DNA from: Eledone cirrhosa
Lineage: Eukaryota
Assembly: GCA_964016885.1 (NCBI GenBank)
Contig: OZ024740.1
Location: forward strand, 107,198,001 to 107,262,000
Length of the DNA: 64,000 bases
Reading direction: 5' to 3'
The translations under genes and the position numbers were made by a program. Positions within the stretch are counted from its first letter, which is position 1. Every line of letters begins with the position of its first letter. The notes under the pieces are model-generated. The model saw only the letters and a program-made list of their open reading frames with translations, searched no databases and was not told the origin of the DNA. This document shows positions 13,711-28,295 of this stretch, one piece after another.

Positions 13711-13880
13711 ATATATATATAGGAAACGTTCGGGACCCCGACGGCAGAGCTCAAGCCATTTCGACGGCTATTTCTGGACGCAAGTATCGAGTACTCTGGT
13801 GCGTTATGGTCCACCTGGTTCCTTACCACACTTCCTGGATTTGAACCATCAGCACAGTCGAGGTATGTCAGACATCAATT

Positions 13881-13946
13881 TATTTTATCTGATGAGGACG
13901 TACTGATGAAATAGCTCAGTACCTCTGAAATATGTATAATAAAATA
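13881..13946 (+). ncRNA. Type I hammerhead ribozyme
   Basis: TATTTTAT-CTGATGA-[GGA C GTACTGA...TCAGTAC C TCT]-GAAA-TATGTA-TA-ATAAAATA. Confidence 0.75.
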
Positions 13947-13988
13947 TATTTGATCACATGAATGTCTATATTTATTAATATTTTGAAG

Positions 13989-14089
<101 letters not shown>

Positions 14090-14092
14090 TAT

Positions 14093-14280
14093 AATGTAGT
14101 GAAAACTGGGACGGGAACAAAAACAGAGAGGCAGTGCAAACAAAGGTTTATTAGTTTCACGCTCTTGAGAGTGGGGGGGGGGGGAGCGTTTCGGGCATAA
14201 GCCCTTCTTCGTGAGAAATGTGGGTCGGAAGAGAGTTCCGAGGATGTGTGAGGGAGTGGTGGAGAGACATTTAGAAATGT
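14093..14280 (-). mobile_element. PLE 3' end fragment with a degenerate minimal HHR
   Basis: The minus strand reads ACGAAGA-A-GGGC TTAT GCCC-GAAA-CG, then AATAAA and a terminus in (TA)n. The core is altered from CTGA.GA. Confidence 0.5.
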
Positions 14281-14305
14281 ATATATATATAATGTATATA
14301 TACAG

Positions 14306-14397
<92 letters not shown>

Positions 14398-14406
14398 ATG
14401 TGTATG

Positions 14407-14451
<45 letters not shown>

Positions 14452-14469
14452 CACATATATAATATATAT

Positions 14470-14507
14470 ATACTGTACCGATTGTGTTGTTATTTCTGTT
14501 TACCTTT

Positions 14508-14580
<73 letters not shown>

Positions 14581-14585
14581 ATGTG

Positions 14586-14633
<48 letters not shown>

Positions 14634-14900
14634 GTATGTAAAAGGTAAACAGAAATAACAACACAATCGGTACAGTATATGGAAGGGATGTATTAGGTTA
14701 ACACTTGATATAGCAGGAAGAGGGTCTTAACGTTTGGGACGGTAGACCTTCATCAGAAGAAAGAATGATAAATAAGATAGATTGAGGTGATGAGCGGCGG
14801 GTTGGAATTGGAAAAAATGTCTTTAGATAAAAATAACAGGTTCATATATATAGAGAGAGAATTATTTTCCCACATTTTACGTTAACTATTTTTCCATTTT
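14470..14900. mobile_element. PLE-type 3' ends tail-to-tail across (TA)n; same family as 51708-51825
   Basis: 14470-14518 is the reverse complement of 14631-14680. The minus strand at about 14760-14725 reads TCTT-CTGATGA-AGGTCTACCGTCC-CAAA-CGTT-AAGA; the 51800 copy has GAAA at this position. Confidence 0.55.
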
Positions 14901-14968
14901 GACGCTATAGTCACTTATATATTATGGAATACTGTTGGCTTCTTGCTACAATAATTTCTATACTTTTC

Positions 14969-15057
<89 letters not shown>

Positions 15058-15058
15058 T

Positions 15059-16328
<1,270 letters not shown>

Positions 16329-16435
16329 TTTTCTCCGGATTACTTTTGGAACTACAACTGGAACCGTCGAGCAAACTCTACGTGAGCTGATAATCTACTG
16401 TGTGTAATATTTATATTACAACACAACGGAAAATA

Positions 16436-16578
<143 letters not shown>

Positions 16579-16616
16579 ATATTAACAAATGGAAACTATA
16601 TTTATAAAACCATATT

Positions 16617-16682
16617 TATTTCATTATACATATTTCAAGAGCCACCAAAGCAAACTACGGTGCGCTTTCATCAGATAAAATA
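16617..16682 (-). ncRNA. Type I hammerhead ribozyme
   Basis: Minus strand: TATTTTAT-CTGATGA-[AAGC GCACC...GGTG GCTCTT]-GAAA-TATGTA-TA-ATGAAATA, about 40 bp from a (TA)n tract. Confidence 0.75.
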
Positions 16683-17295
16683 TAATATAGGTTAGTTTTA
16701 TAAATAAATATTGGCATACCCTTAAAAAATCCAACCATTCTGGTTGGAATCTCCTAGATAGTGGAGTTATTAGATTTATTGTTGGTTTATTATGCAAATT
16801 AGTGTTGGAGAGGTTTAAAACAGTATATTTAAATTAAGCCGTTGGAATAGGGAAAAAAAGGGAAAGAAAGAGAAAAATTGAAGGAGAAAAAAAAAGAAAG
16901 AGAGACACCTGAGTATATTTTAGTGAGAGAGAATAGCGTAATTTTGAGAGAAGAGACGAAGAAAATAAATATAGAGTGGATGAATATCGTAAGATGGATA
17001 AATCAATATTATTTCTACTTTAGGCACAAGGCCAGCAAATACCCAGATAACAACTAATAACAGATACTAATAAAAAATATATAATGTGGATGAATACCAA
17101 CTAATAACAGATACTAATAAAAAAATAAAAAAATAAAATAAAATAAAGTTAAGTTGGAGAATTTATCTAATGTTTAATTAATAATGTTTAATTAATAATT
17201 TATCAATTCAATCCGTAGTTTAAATTTTTAAATGTGTATGTTATATTATATTATTATTAGAGAATATATATTATTAAAAATTATATTATTATTAG

Positions 17296-17333
<38 letters not shown>

Positions 17334-17462
17334 TGGGGTTGTTTCTAGCTGATTGTTTGTTTGTTTAACCTCAGTCCATCCAGTCAGGATCCAGCAGATT
17401 TAAGATCAAAGACGTTCCATGCTATAACCATCCAAATGCTCTTTTTGAGGCATAGTAAATCT

Positions 17463-17650
17463 AGGGCTGCAGACATGGTTGAGTGGATAAAAAGTTCGCT
17501 TCGCAACCTTGATGTCTCAGGTTCTATTCTACTGCGCGGTAGTTTGGTGAAGTCTTTACTATTATCGAATGCTCGAATTGGTCCAAGCCTCGTGAGAGAA
17601 ATTGGGAAGATGGAAAACGTAGGGAACCTAATTGGATGTATTGTACCAGT
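17463..17650 (+). mobile_element. tRNA-derived SINE family B; related copies at about 18690-18862 (-), 19128-19300 (+) and 62045-62175 (-)
   Basis: A box-like ATGGTTGAGTGG and B box-like GGTTCTATTC. The body matches the reverse complement of 18690-18862. Confidence 0.6.
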
Positions 17651-18019
17651 AATTCCAAAGTCCAGTCGTGTCACGCGCAGTATCATGCTGATTGACCTTG
17701 GTACTTACATTAAGGATACACGTGTCTATGAAATATCCAACCAACTACCCGTTAATTCATGCGTTAGTTTATCGAACGACTGAATACTCGTCGTTGAAAC
17801 CGACTGGAAATCGATCATCAAGAATGCAATAATCCAATGTATATTCCTTTTTTAAAACAATAGGTTATACTTTAAGGGAGATTTGGTTGCTATTTCTAGC
17901 ATGTCAAGTGACCATTTAGGGACTCACTCCATGTTGTAGTAGTGGTTGTTGCTGCTGTATAGTCCCGTTCAATTAAGTCAGACAAGGGAGGTAATAAGTT
18001 GTGTGATGAGATTGAACTA

Positions 18020-18560
18020 CTGATCTACATGGCTAATTATTCTCAAATAACTAAACCAACGCCACTTAACGTTACGCCGCCCTTTCACTCATCGCACCAC
18101 CCATGACAATGCTGAACATTCTCAGCTACTAGACCAACATCGCTTGATGTTACGCTGTCCTTTCTCTCGGCAAGCAGCAAGGCTGCGAAACTCATATTTC
18201 AAAATGCTTCAGACGTGGAGAACTAACTGGCAACAGGCATCTCGACCGGCCCAACAGAATGTTAACCCCGATACAGCCCTTCCACCAAGCGGTAACCTCT
18301 GTCGGAGGGAGCGGATGTCCCTGAATCAGCTACTTACAGGTGTCAGCTGATTCAATGCAGACATGCACCAATGGGGGATGCGGCCAGCAGCAGCTTGCCA
18401 GAGCGGCTCACCAGAGCAGAAAGTTGAACATATTTTGAGCGAGTGTCCGGATCTCCGCTCACCTGATAGTGTAGACCTCACACACCTTAATCCATCTACC
18501 GTGAGCTGGTTACAACGTCTGGGGGTGTCACATGACTGCTGTCTTATACAAAAGAAAAAG
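18020..18560 (+). mobile_element. Ingi/Vingi-like (I group) LINE 3' fragment
   Basis: LNQLLTGVS*FNADMHQWGMRPAAACQSGSPEQKVEHILSECP resembles the C-terminal Cys/His region of I-group ORFs. Confidence 0.6.
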
Positions 18561-20442
18561 CTCTACATTTTTTTTTTTACGGATTGTTCAGTGATTTCGA
18601 CAATAGGCATTCAGTGAGTATTCAATACGCGGATCTTTAACATAATTCTTTGGCAGAATTAGCGTTGAAACCTTTGAACTACTGGTACAATCCAACCAAC
18701 AGGCTTCCATACAGTTTATGTCTACCCAATCTCACTCATAAAGCTTAGGCCAATCCTATATTATGGCAAAGTCACTTACCTAAGATGCTAAGCAGTGGGA
18801 TCGAAACCAGCACCTCATGGTTGTAATGCAAACTTCTTAACCATTTAGCCATGCCTGCGTCCATATGTTTTTAATATGCTACTTGTACACGGTTACTCCT
18901 GTACAATATTGTACATCTCCATTTTGTACATCTCTATATTGATTCTCCTATATAGCTTTGCCGCTGAGGTATAATAAACACGAAATATGTCTGCGATTGT
19001 TTTACCTATCAATCTGTTGTTATTGTTACTGTTCAACCAGAGATCAAACTTGATTGAGAAAACTTATAATCAAAAACATTTCAACCATGGCCACCATGTC
19101 GTTTAGGCATATCTAGGAGAATATATGTGAGAGCGTTTGACATAGTGGTTAGGGGTGTTCGGTTTGCGTTCATAAGGTCGTGGATTTAGATTGTCATAGG
19201 CATTGTGTCTTTGAGCAAGGCACTTTGTTTCACGTTCCTCCCTGAAAGTGAGGACCAGTGACAGCTGGTGGTTATCCTTGCGACCAACTGGCATCCCGTC
19301 TACGTGGAGAGACTTATGTTTTCAGTCGAATAATGCCCTTCAAACCGGAACAAAACCCGGGTTTCATCCAACCCCTGTAACCATGGTATAACGAATATAA
19401 AACGATAACTTTAACTCATACTAGGGGTAGATTACTTAGTACACTCTTCTTCTTTAAAGACAATGGAGTTTTATTTGACATGAGGCGGATTGTGGCAGAT
19501 ATTTTTAGCGCGTAGGGTGACGTGTAGAGACTGTCCTTTTCTTTAATTTGTTGCTGTTACTGTTTGTGAAACTCCTGTCTTGGAATAGACCTCTGCTGGT
19601 TTCAATAAGGAGTGTTCCATTTGTTCGATCAATAAAACAACCTGCTCCTGAAATTAATGTGCAAGTGGTTAAGTATTCCACAGACACGTGGACCTTTAAC
19701 ATAAATCTCAGAGATGCCCATCGCGATACAATGTACGACAAGGCTATCCCTTTGAATTGACAAGTACAGTCCATCCAGCGGGCTTCAAAACTGTTTCTGT
19801 CTACGCAATTTCTCTCACAAAAATTGGTCCAACTTCAGGTTTTGGTAAATGGTATTTGCCCAAGATATCACTCAGAGCGACTAAATCTAGGATCTAATGA
19901 TTGCGAAAAGAACTTCTTGAATACCTGGCTATGTTCTCTCCACCTTGGTCACCAATAACCACCGACAATGCCGCTGCCACCACTACCACTGACGCTGACG
20001 CCGCTGCCAAAGTTGTTCCTGTTAAGCTTGTCGGTGTCGATGCAGACGATATCTTCTGTTCCGTTATTGTTATCAGCTTCGTCAATTGTGATTGAATACT
20101 TCTGGCTGGTATATAACCTCGTGAACTACTTAAATACAATATCTCTTTCAGATCCGCCCGACATAATTCAAGCTCTCTCTTTCCCCTCTATTTATCTGTC
20201 TCTTCCTTCATTTCCTCAAGTATGTTTTGTTTTCTTTGGGGATTGTGTTTAAGCGTATTTCATTGGCTGTTGTATGTTTGACGTCATCAAGCGGAAACAC
20301 TCCGACTTGTCTGTCTGAAATGAATACAGGCCATACATACATACATACATATATACATACATACATGCATATACACATACATACATACATACATACATAC
20401 ATACATACATACATACATACATACATACATACATACATACAT

Positions 20443-20597
20443 GATGGCTGCCCCCTCGTTATCGAGTATGGCCATTACACGAGGAGAAAGAAAAAAAAAA
20501 GAAAATAATAGTAATAATAATAATAATAATAAATAAATAAATAAAAAGAAAAAAAAAGAAAAAAAAAAGAAATATATATATACATATACATACACAT

Positions 20598-20628
<31 letters not shown>

Positions 20629-23600
20629 TACATTAATATCAATAATAATAATAATCATAACAACAATAATAATAACGACAATAACAATAATAATATACAT
20701 ATACATATATATATACACACACGCACACACATAAGCATACCTACACACACACACACACACACACACACGATAGCAACTAACAGCGCTGCGATCGAATGTG
20801 GCTTTTTAGCCCAGCCAATGATCTAAAATGTCTTGCACAGAGTCGGCAACCAAAACATTCACTGGGAATAGTCGGCTGTGGTTGGAGTTCGTGTACTTTT
20901 GCATGTCGCTTGAGCGCTCCTGCTGATTTACATTCTCTACCACATGTTTGGCAAGCATGATGAGTAGCATCTCCAACAGCAGCCTGGTAGTCAACCACTG
21001 GTCTTACTTTATGACTGCGAAGATGACTTTCGAGTCCAGCTTTGCTTCGGCAGTCTCGCACATACGCTGCATGTCAGCACCATAGGAGGACCCTCGCCGT
21101 CTGGAAGTGCAACAGCAATGCCCTTCCTCACATCCCGCTTTACTTTCTCGTATGCGATTCGAGATGCCTCAAAGGCAACTTTTCCCTCATATACAGTCTT
21201 TCTCCATTTATTACGATCAGCAGCAATATTCTCCCATGTATCAGCAGAGATGTTAGCGTCTTTCAGAGAGGCTTTCAAGGAATCCTTATACCTCTTTTTT
21301 GGTTTATGTGGCGGTCGTTTTCCTTTAATCAACTCTCCATAAAAGAGTTGTTTTGGTATTCTAGAATCCTTCATCCTGGCAAGGTGACCACTCCAACGGA
21401 GTCGTTGCTTAAGCACAAGAGCTTCTATACTGTCACACTTAGAGCTTTCCAAAATCTCGACATCACTGATGTGATCCCTCCAGTGAACGCCATGGATCCG
21501 TCTGAGACACATCTGATGGAAACGCTCCAATTGCTTAAGGTGGTGTCGATATGTGACCCAGGTCTCGCAGGCATAAAGAAGACAAGAGAGCACACATGCC
21601 CTGTACACCTTTACCTTTGTCCTCCTGCATATATCTCTCCGACCCCAGAGTCGCCTTTCTAGCTTTCCGAAAGCATCACTTGCTTTCCTAATCCTAAGTG
21701 AGATTTCACTGTCAAGGTTGCTGTATCGATTGACAGTGCTTCCCAGGTAGACAAACTGATCAACCACTCCAAGTCGTTTGCCATACACATAGATGTTTGG
21801 TTCAGTGTACTGCTTACCAGGAGCAGGTTGGTACATGACGGTTTTCTTGAGACTGACAGTCAGACCTAGGGCAGTGCAAGCGTCAGAAAATGTATTCAAA
21901 ATGTGCTGCATATCACTCTCTGTGTGCGCTACAAGATCGCAATCATCTGCATACAAGAGGTCTCTTATGATTGATGTAAATACTTTTGTCTTCGCAGCAA
22001 AGCGCCTGATGTTAAATATGCTGCCTGAGGTTCGATATCGGATGTAAACACCATGCTCGCAATTCCTGAATCGGTGCTGGAATATCCCCCTGTTTCACTC
22101 CATTTTTTACTGAGATAGGCTCCGACATGTTACCCCCGACATTAACCCAAGCCTTCATGTCGTCATGGAAAGACCTAACTAAAGCAAGGAACTTATCAGG
22201 GCAACCAAGTTTCTGGAGAACCTTCCATAATGCATCTCTGTTAACAGTATCGAAAGCTTTTGTCAGATCGACAAAAACCTGATACAGATCCAAGCCTTGT
22301 TCCATGCACTTCTCCTGGAGCTGTCTAGCTGAGAAGATCATATCAGTAGTGCCGCGTCCAGCACGAAAACCAGATTGACTTTCAGTAAGAACACAATCTG
22401 CAATGTGTGTCAGCAGACGGTCCAGAAGCACCCTACATAAAACTTTCCCTACGACAGAAAGCAATGATATACCTCTATAGTTCCCACAATCGTTCCTGTT
22501 ACCCTTTCCCTTGTACAAGACCACCATTACTGCATCTCTCCAGTCCTCAGGTACGGATTCATTAGCCCATATCCTGCCAAACAAAGAGTGAAGATGTTGC
22601 AGGAGTCTCTCACCACCATATTGTAGGAGCTCAGCATGCATGCCATCCATACCTGGAGATCTTCCACTGTTCAGCTTCGAAATAGCCACTGCAACCTCCA
22701 CAAGCGTCGGAGGTTCTGCGAGAGCTACTTTCACAGGACTTTCTGGAATGAGATTGAGGAAATCTTCACTGACGACAGACGGCTGATTCAAAAGATCATC
22801 AAAGTGCTCTCGCCAGCTTCGTAGAATTCCTTGTGAGTCACGAAGAAGTTCTTTGCCATCCTTGCTGCGAAGCGATGTCACCAGAGACATAAACCTCACG
22901 CAAGAGACTGTACAACAGCTTTGTGTTATTGGAATCAGACGCAGTTTGTATCTCACCAGCCTTCTCACTCCACCACTGATCCCTCATCTGAGAAAGACTC
23001 CGCCTAACACGTGATTTTACATCCCTGAGTTCCTCATACAACATATTCCTATCCCGTGGTTTTGCCGTCAAGTAGCGTGACAGAGCACGCCTCTTATCAG
23101 CCAACAAGTCTTCTATATGTACATCATTCTCATCAAACCAGTCCTGATGTTTCCTCTGTGCCAATCCCAGAACACGCCTGCCTACATCATAAACCGACTT
23201 TTTAAGGGTCGGCCAATCCTCACCAAGATCTGCAGCCTGCATCTCTTCTTCCAATGTCCTCTTCACATTTTTATCCTTGAGACGAGCAGCATTCAATCTT
23301 TTGGGCAGGGAAACACCAGGAGCCCGGATTTTACGTTTAGTGATTAGTTTCACTTTTGCGCGTACCAGGCGGTGGTCCGTCCAGCACTCAGCTTCACGAA
23401 GAACACGAACACACTGCACATCCTGTCTGTCACGCATCCTGACTAGGACGTAGTCCAAAAGATGCCATTCCTTAGATGCAGGATGCATCCATGTGGTCTT
23501 GAATTTGTTCTTTTGTTGGAACATGGTGTTGGTAACACACAGATCCAGCTCCTCACACATCTGCAGCAGGAGCATACCATTGCTGTTACACTTTCCCACC

Positions 23601-24270
23601 CCATGCCTTCCGATTACATTCCATGTGTTAAAATCCCTACCCACTCTAGCATTAAAGTCACCAAGCACGATGACTTTGTCTGCCTGAGGGATATTTCTTA
23701 AAACACCTTTCAAGGCATGGTAAAAGGACACCTTTTCCTCATCGACAGAACTCATAGTTGGAGCATACACACTCACCAGGGTAGCATATCTTCCCTTGTC
23801 CAGCGGAACTCTCATGGACATAAGACGCTCACTAATCCCTACTGGGAATTCTTCTAATTTGTTCACAAGCACAGTCTTAACAGCAAATCCTACCCCAGCC
23901 TCTCTTCTGGTTCCTTCATCTCTTCCTTTCCAGAAGAATGTATATTCTCCACAAAATTCTGTAAGATGACCATCTCCAGCTAGCCTCGTCTCAGATAAAG
24001 CCACGATGTCAAGATCGTAACCTCGAAGCTCCTTTGCAACAAGAGCGGTACTTCGTTCAGGACGCCCCAAGGAATCCCTGTCAAGCAGCGTCCGTACGTT
24101 CCAGCAGCCAAGAGTAAATGCCTTGTTTGGCTCTATTACAATGGCACGATGACGAGCGGGCCCAGGCTGTGATAACCTAGGGCCCCTGCCCTTATTGCCA
24201 ATGATCTTTTTTTGTTCCAGAACCTAAATTGCCAATTATCTCTTTTATATTGTTCTGGAACATCATTGAA
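20443..24270 (-). mobile_element. RTE-clade (BovB-like) LINE, near full length, frameshifted
   Basis: APE domain (LGCWNVRTL, DIVALSETR, VYAPT, GDFNARVG, LDYVLVR, TDHRLV) and RT (NYRGISLLS, QSGFRAGRGTTD, FVDLTKAFD, GVKQGD, YADD, RLRWSGHL). An RTE-like 3' end at 20443-20485 is followed by an (ATGT)n tail. Confidence 0.9.
20777..24125 (-). pseudogene. RTE APE-RT polyprotein with three C-terminal C2H2-like fingers
   Basis: ORF-track pieces 22838-24070, 22012-22968, 21009-21956 and 20777-21061 are colinear parts of one ORF. Confidence 0.85.
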
Positions 24271-24324
24271 TTGAAAAAAAGAAAAAAAAAAAAGTAATAA
24301 TAATAGTAATAATAATAATAATAA

Positions 24325-25643
24325 TGTTTTCTTTATTAACCACAAGGGTTTACATAAAGTAGACATTAAGGACAGTACAGGACAATACAGGACGGTACAA
24401 ATGGGCATTTCTGCGTGTAAAAAACATAGGATGTAATAAAATAACAAAGAAAAATTCCCCAATAGGGGGGAGACTTCCGAGGGACATTTGTGGAGAAAGC
24501 CCATTAAAAGACCATAGTGACCCTGACCACCAGGGCAAGTGCCCTCTCCCAGTTTTCCACCTTTAATTTACAGACACATACTCAGAGAAGGCCCATTCAT
24601 TCGGGCCATACTTGCTTCTCTCACCCATCTTTCAACAAAATGCTGGGAAGAGAGCACTTCCCTCTCTACCCTGATTTTCCTTTTCAAATGAAATTTGAAA
24701 AAGTTAATCAGGGCATCACTGAAGAGGTAAGTGCTCGTCTTCAGCCCTTTCAAACGTGTCCACCATACTATCTCTTTCGCCATGGCCACCAGACAGATAA
24801 AAACTGCCTGCCCTTCCCGGCTAAAGGAAGAGGGCGGGGCAATCCTCACGATGGACTCAGCTTATAGCTTGATCCGTCCTACACGTGACAGCAGGTGTTC
24901 GACATAAACCCACAAGTCAGCAATGCTCGGACACTGGACGAGTGCGTGCAGGACGGTTTCGTCGCCCTGTGCGCATCTCAGACATGCCCGGCTGACGGCA
25001 CCTCCATGCTTGTAGAGTTTATCCCGAACTGGCAAAGCACCCCGGTAGCACTGCCAGGCCAGGGATTTCTGGAAGTTGTCCATAGGCCCCGGCCCGAAAG
25101 TCCTTCTGAAGAGATTGGCTAGTTGATTTTCGTCGACGCCTAGAGTTTCTCCAAGTACGTCGTCGCTCTTCCCCTCCACTAATCCCCTATAGAACGCCAA
25201 GGTGGAGTTTCCACCGATCACATTGCCCGATTGGTCGAGGGCTGTGAGCGCCTGAAGACATTCCAGTCTCCAAGCGCTCCCTCTCGGACTTCGCTTGACC
25301 CAGGACTGCAGCTCCGTCAAGGAGACGAGCTGGGGAAAAACGTGTCTAGCAAACGGCGACCACACCTGAACACCGTCGAGGAAGAGGTGGAGATGTCGTA
25401 GCCTGAGTGCGTGTCTGCGCATCATCAGCCACGGCATGCCCAGCCCTCCACGTAGCGAGTGTTGACAGCAGATGGACCGCCTGACCATCGGAGCGCGTCC
25501 CTTCCACAAGAAGCGAAAGAGCAAACGCTCCAGCGCAGTCAGGGGGGAGGGGGATTAGGACAAGGTACGACGGTCAGGCGGTAGTAGATGACGGACGCGA
25601 TGTACGCGTGAGCCACCTCCGCTCGACCTTTCAGGGATAGCTT
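24325..25643 (-). mobile_element. L1/Tx1-clade LINE 3' fragment, related to ORF2 at 35314-36444
   Basis: FLWKGRAPMVRRSICCQH...GGLGMP and PMDNFQKSLAWQCYRGALPVRDKL...C..C...ETVLHALVQC. AATAAA is followed by a (TTA)n tail at 24295-24324. Confidence 0.85.
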
Positions 25644-26213
25644 GAAATTTACGATACACTCTTTGTTTATTTACAACAGGTCTCTATAGTGATATGGTGT
25701 TAATTAGTATTGCGTGTGTGATTATTTTCTCTTATATATATATGTGTGGGTGTGTATATGTGTGTCTGTATGTATATATATATGTGTGTTTGTATATATA
25801 TATATGTGTTTGTGTCATCATCATCGTTTAGATGTTTTTGTAATATCTTGCCAAAGTTGGCACCAACTATAAACAAATTAAGGCCGGGTCATAAGAAGGA
25901 CAGAGAATGATAAGGGATTTGGGTAAAAACATCTAAACGATGATGATGACACAAACACATATATATATACAAACACACATATATATATACATACAGACAC
26001 ACATATATATACACACATATACACACCCACACATATATATATAAGAGAAAATAATCAGACACGCAATACTAATTAACACCATATCACTATAGAGACCTGT
26101 TGTAAATAAACAAAGAGTGTATCGTAAATTTCATTGTAAAAAAACAAAACAAACACATTCACTTGTCAGAAAACCTAGTTTCATTTTCGAGGACGTTAAA
26201 CTTAACCTATGCC
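25643..26213. mobile_element. Foldback MITE, left-truncated copy of 41185-41834
   Basis: Same arms and same roughly 85-bp spacer as 41185-41834. The right end is CTTAACCTATGCC. Confidence 0.85.
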
Positions 26214-26239
26214 AATGGCGATATACTTTAATACAACGA

Positions 26240-28295
26240 TTGCATCGTAAAAGAGTCATTTTGGCGGTCAGAATGGAGAAGGCGTTTCCCCGGAAGACAG
26301 CAAGGGAGACGCGCTGGAAAAGCCACTCCAACTCGCGGGGCTCACACCTGTGGTTGGCCAGCTCAGCGCCTATGGTGGTGAGTAAGGAGGTAGCCCTAGG
26401 GCCAAGGACACCAGAATTCTCCACTGCCAGGGGTACAACCGCAAACCTGTCGGAGAGCGACCGGTATTTGAGGAGTTTAGCCTCCTCAGCCCGACGTGCA
26501 GCAGAACCCGAGTTAATCGCAGACTGCACCAGGTTGCGGCTGCAGAAAGTGTCGGTGCAGGTGGCATCCCAGGCGAGAGGTTTACCACCGCGGAACGGGA
26601 AGATGGTCATGCCATCTGGTCTTTTGCCGTCCCCTCGGTCCAGCCCCACCGGCTCGAGCTGGGAAGGGAAGCATGGAGTGGAAGGCGGCCGGCACTGTGG
26701 AGACAGGAAAGCGGGTGGAGACGGAAAGGGTCCACAATGGATCCGCAGCGACATTGGTGTGGCTCGCAGATCCGGAGGCCGAGCCTCAAGGAAACGCCAA
26801 TGCGCAGGCTATTATTGTCTAGCTGCGTACCAGTGGAGAAGGAGGGCAGGGCATGGAGCCAGACACCACTGTGGGGTTTGGAGGCCGCACGAAAACAAGC
26901 AAGGCGGTGTTGGTCGAGCTGGCGCGTGAGCCTGTCTGAGGCCAGACTGCACTGAATGGCATCCCAAGTGCTTTGGGGGGACTTGACGTCAACAGGGAGA
27001 GAAGGAGGAGCGATGTCTACTGGGCTGAGTCCCAGCCGGTCCCACGTCTCACAGGCAGCCTCACGTTCTCTGAACACAGGGTTCTATTGTGTTTTGGAGA
27101 ACCCTGCTGACGAGGTTACCGACGAAAGATACGCCGGCAAAGCCAGTGAGATCGGAGACCGGAAGCCAAAGCCGCCATACCTGACAGGTAAAGTGGCCTG
27201 TTGCCATCCAAAGACGTCAAACTTGACGTTACATATCTCCTCGGCTGCTGCTCAGATACAAGTATCGAGGTCAGCAAGGAGAGATGTCTGGGTGTAGCAT
27301 GGAGCGCTGCGGAGTGTATAGAGGAGCTTCGGCATGACGAAGCAGTTCCTCAACAGAAAGAGGGCTGGGTAGCCGTCGATGAAGCCCAGTCGGCTCGTGA
27401 GAGTCTGGGGTTGTTGAAGCCTGGACCTGATGGTGGAGCGGATGGCTGGCGGGTGGATCGGCGACCCGAGGATGAGGACATCCTCTTTAGGGGTCACCTG
27501 TACCTGGTATAGAATGGACCGCACGTCCAAGACGGAGGCTGCAAAGCTCTCAGCATCGTGGCTGACGTTCACCACCTCCGACTTGGCCGAGTTGACCTGG
27601 AGGCCGATTTCTGCCAGGGCAGGAACCACCGATTGTAGGTCATAGCAGACAGTCTGTACGGGCCTACCCAACGTAGCATCATCCAGATACCAAACATTGA
27701 GAGGGGCCGTGATACTCCAGGCAATGTAGTCTATACCAAGGGCAAACAGGAGGGGGCCCAAAGGGTCATGCTGTTGGACCCCAGTGGCCGAAGGTATGAC
27801 CGTGTTAGCAGCAAGGAGCATGCTCAGGGCTCCATACGACAGGTAGGCCAACGGGTAGGCAGAGGGGGCTCGGCTGAGACAGGCTTCGAGCAGATAGTCT
27901 CGGCGTAAGCAGTTGAAGGCATTCCTCATGTCAAGCTTCACAATGAGGTGCCTGGAGTCCCTGGATGCCGGTTCCGGTGGGCAGTTGTTGAAGAACTGCC
28001 TGGTTGCATGTGCGGCCCCCTCACAGCCACCGGACATGCCGACACCCAGTTGCACCGGACTGAACTCCTCAACAAGTTCGGGTTTTATGGACCTGCACAC
28101 CCACTTGGCAGCCAGCCTCCGGAAGACATTGCCCACGGCGATGGGGCGTATGCCACCCTCTTTCTTCCTAATAGGGGTGAGGCTAGCCGAAAAAAAGAGG
28201 CCTCGGGCGTGAGGGTCCAGGGTGCCATGGATGAGCCTATTGGTGAGCATCACAATTGCACTCAGAAGGCGGTGCCCGGCCTCAGCGGAGAAGGG
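26240..28295 (-). mobile_element. CRE-clade non-LTR retrotransposon, copy 2 (RT plus restriction-like endonuclease)
   Basis: GGIRPIAVGNVFRRLAAK, KLDMRNAFN, GVQQHDPLGPLLF, WYLDD, CRCG...HPLSC, DGKRPDG, LAWDATCTDT and FQRVSLAVFRGNA. Confidence 0.85.

Noticed and set aside
20777-21061. Host C2H2 zinc-finger gene exon
   Set aside because: It is continuous with the RTE ORF through one frameshift.
26117-26929. 270-aa plus-strand ORF, and similar antisense ORFs at 33790-34698 and 21042-21662
   Set aside because: These are shadow frames on the opposite strand of GC-rich retrotransposon coding sequence.
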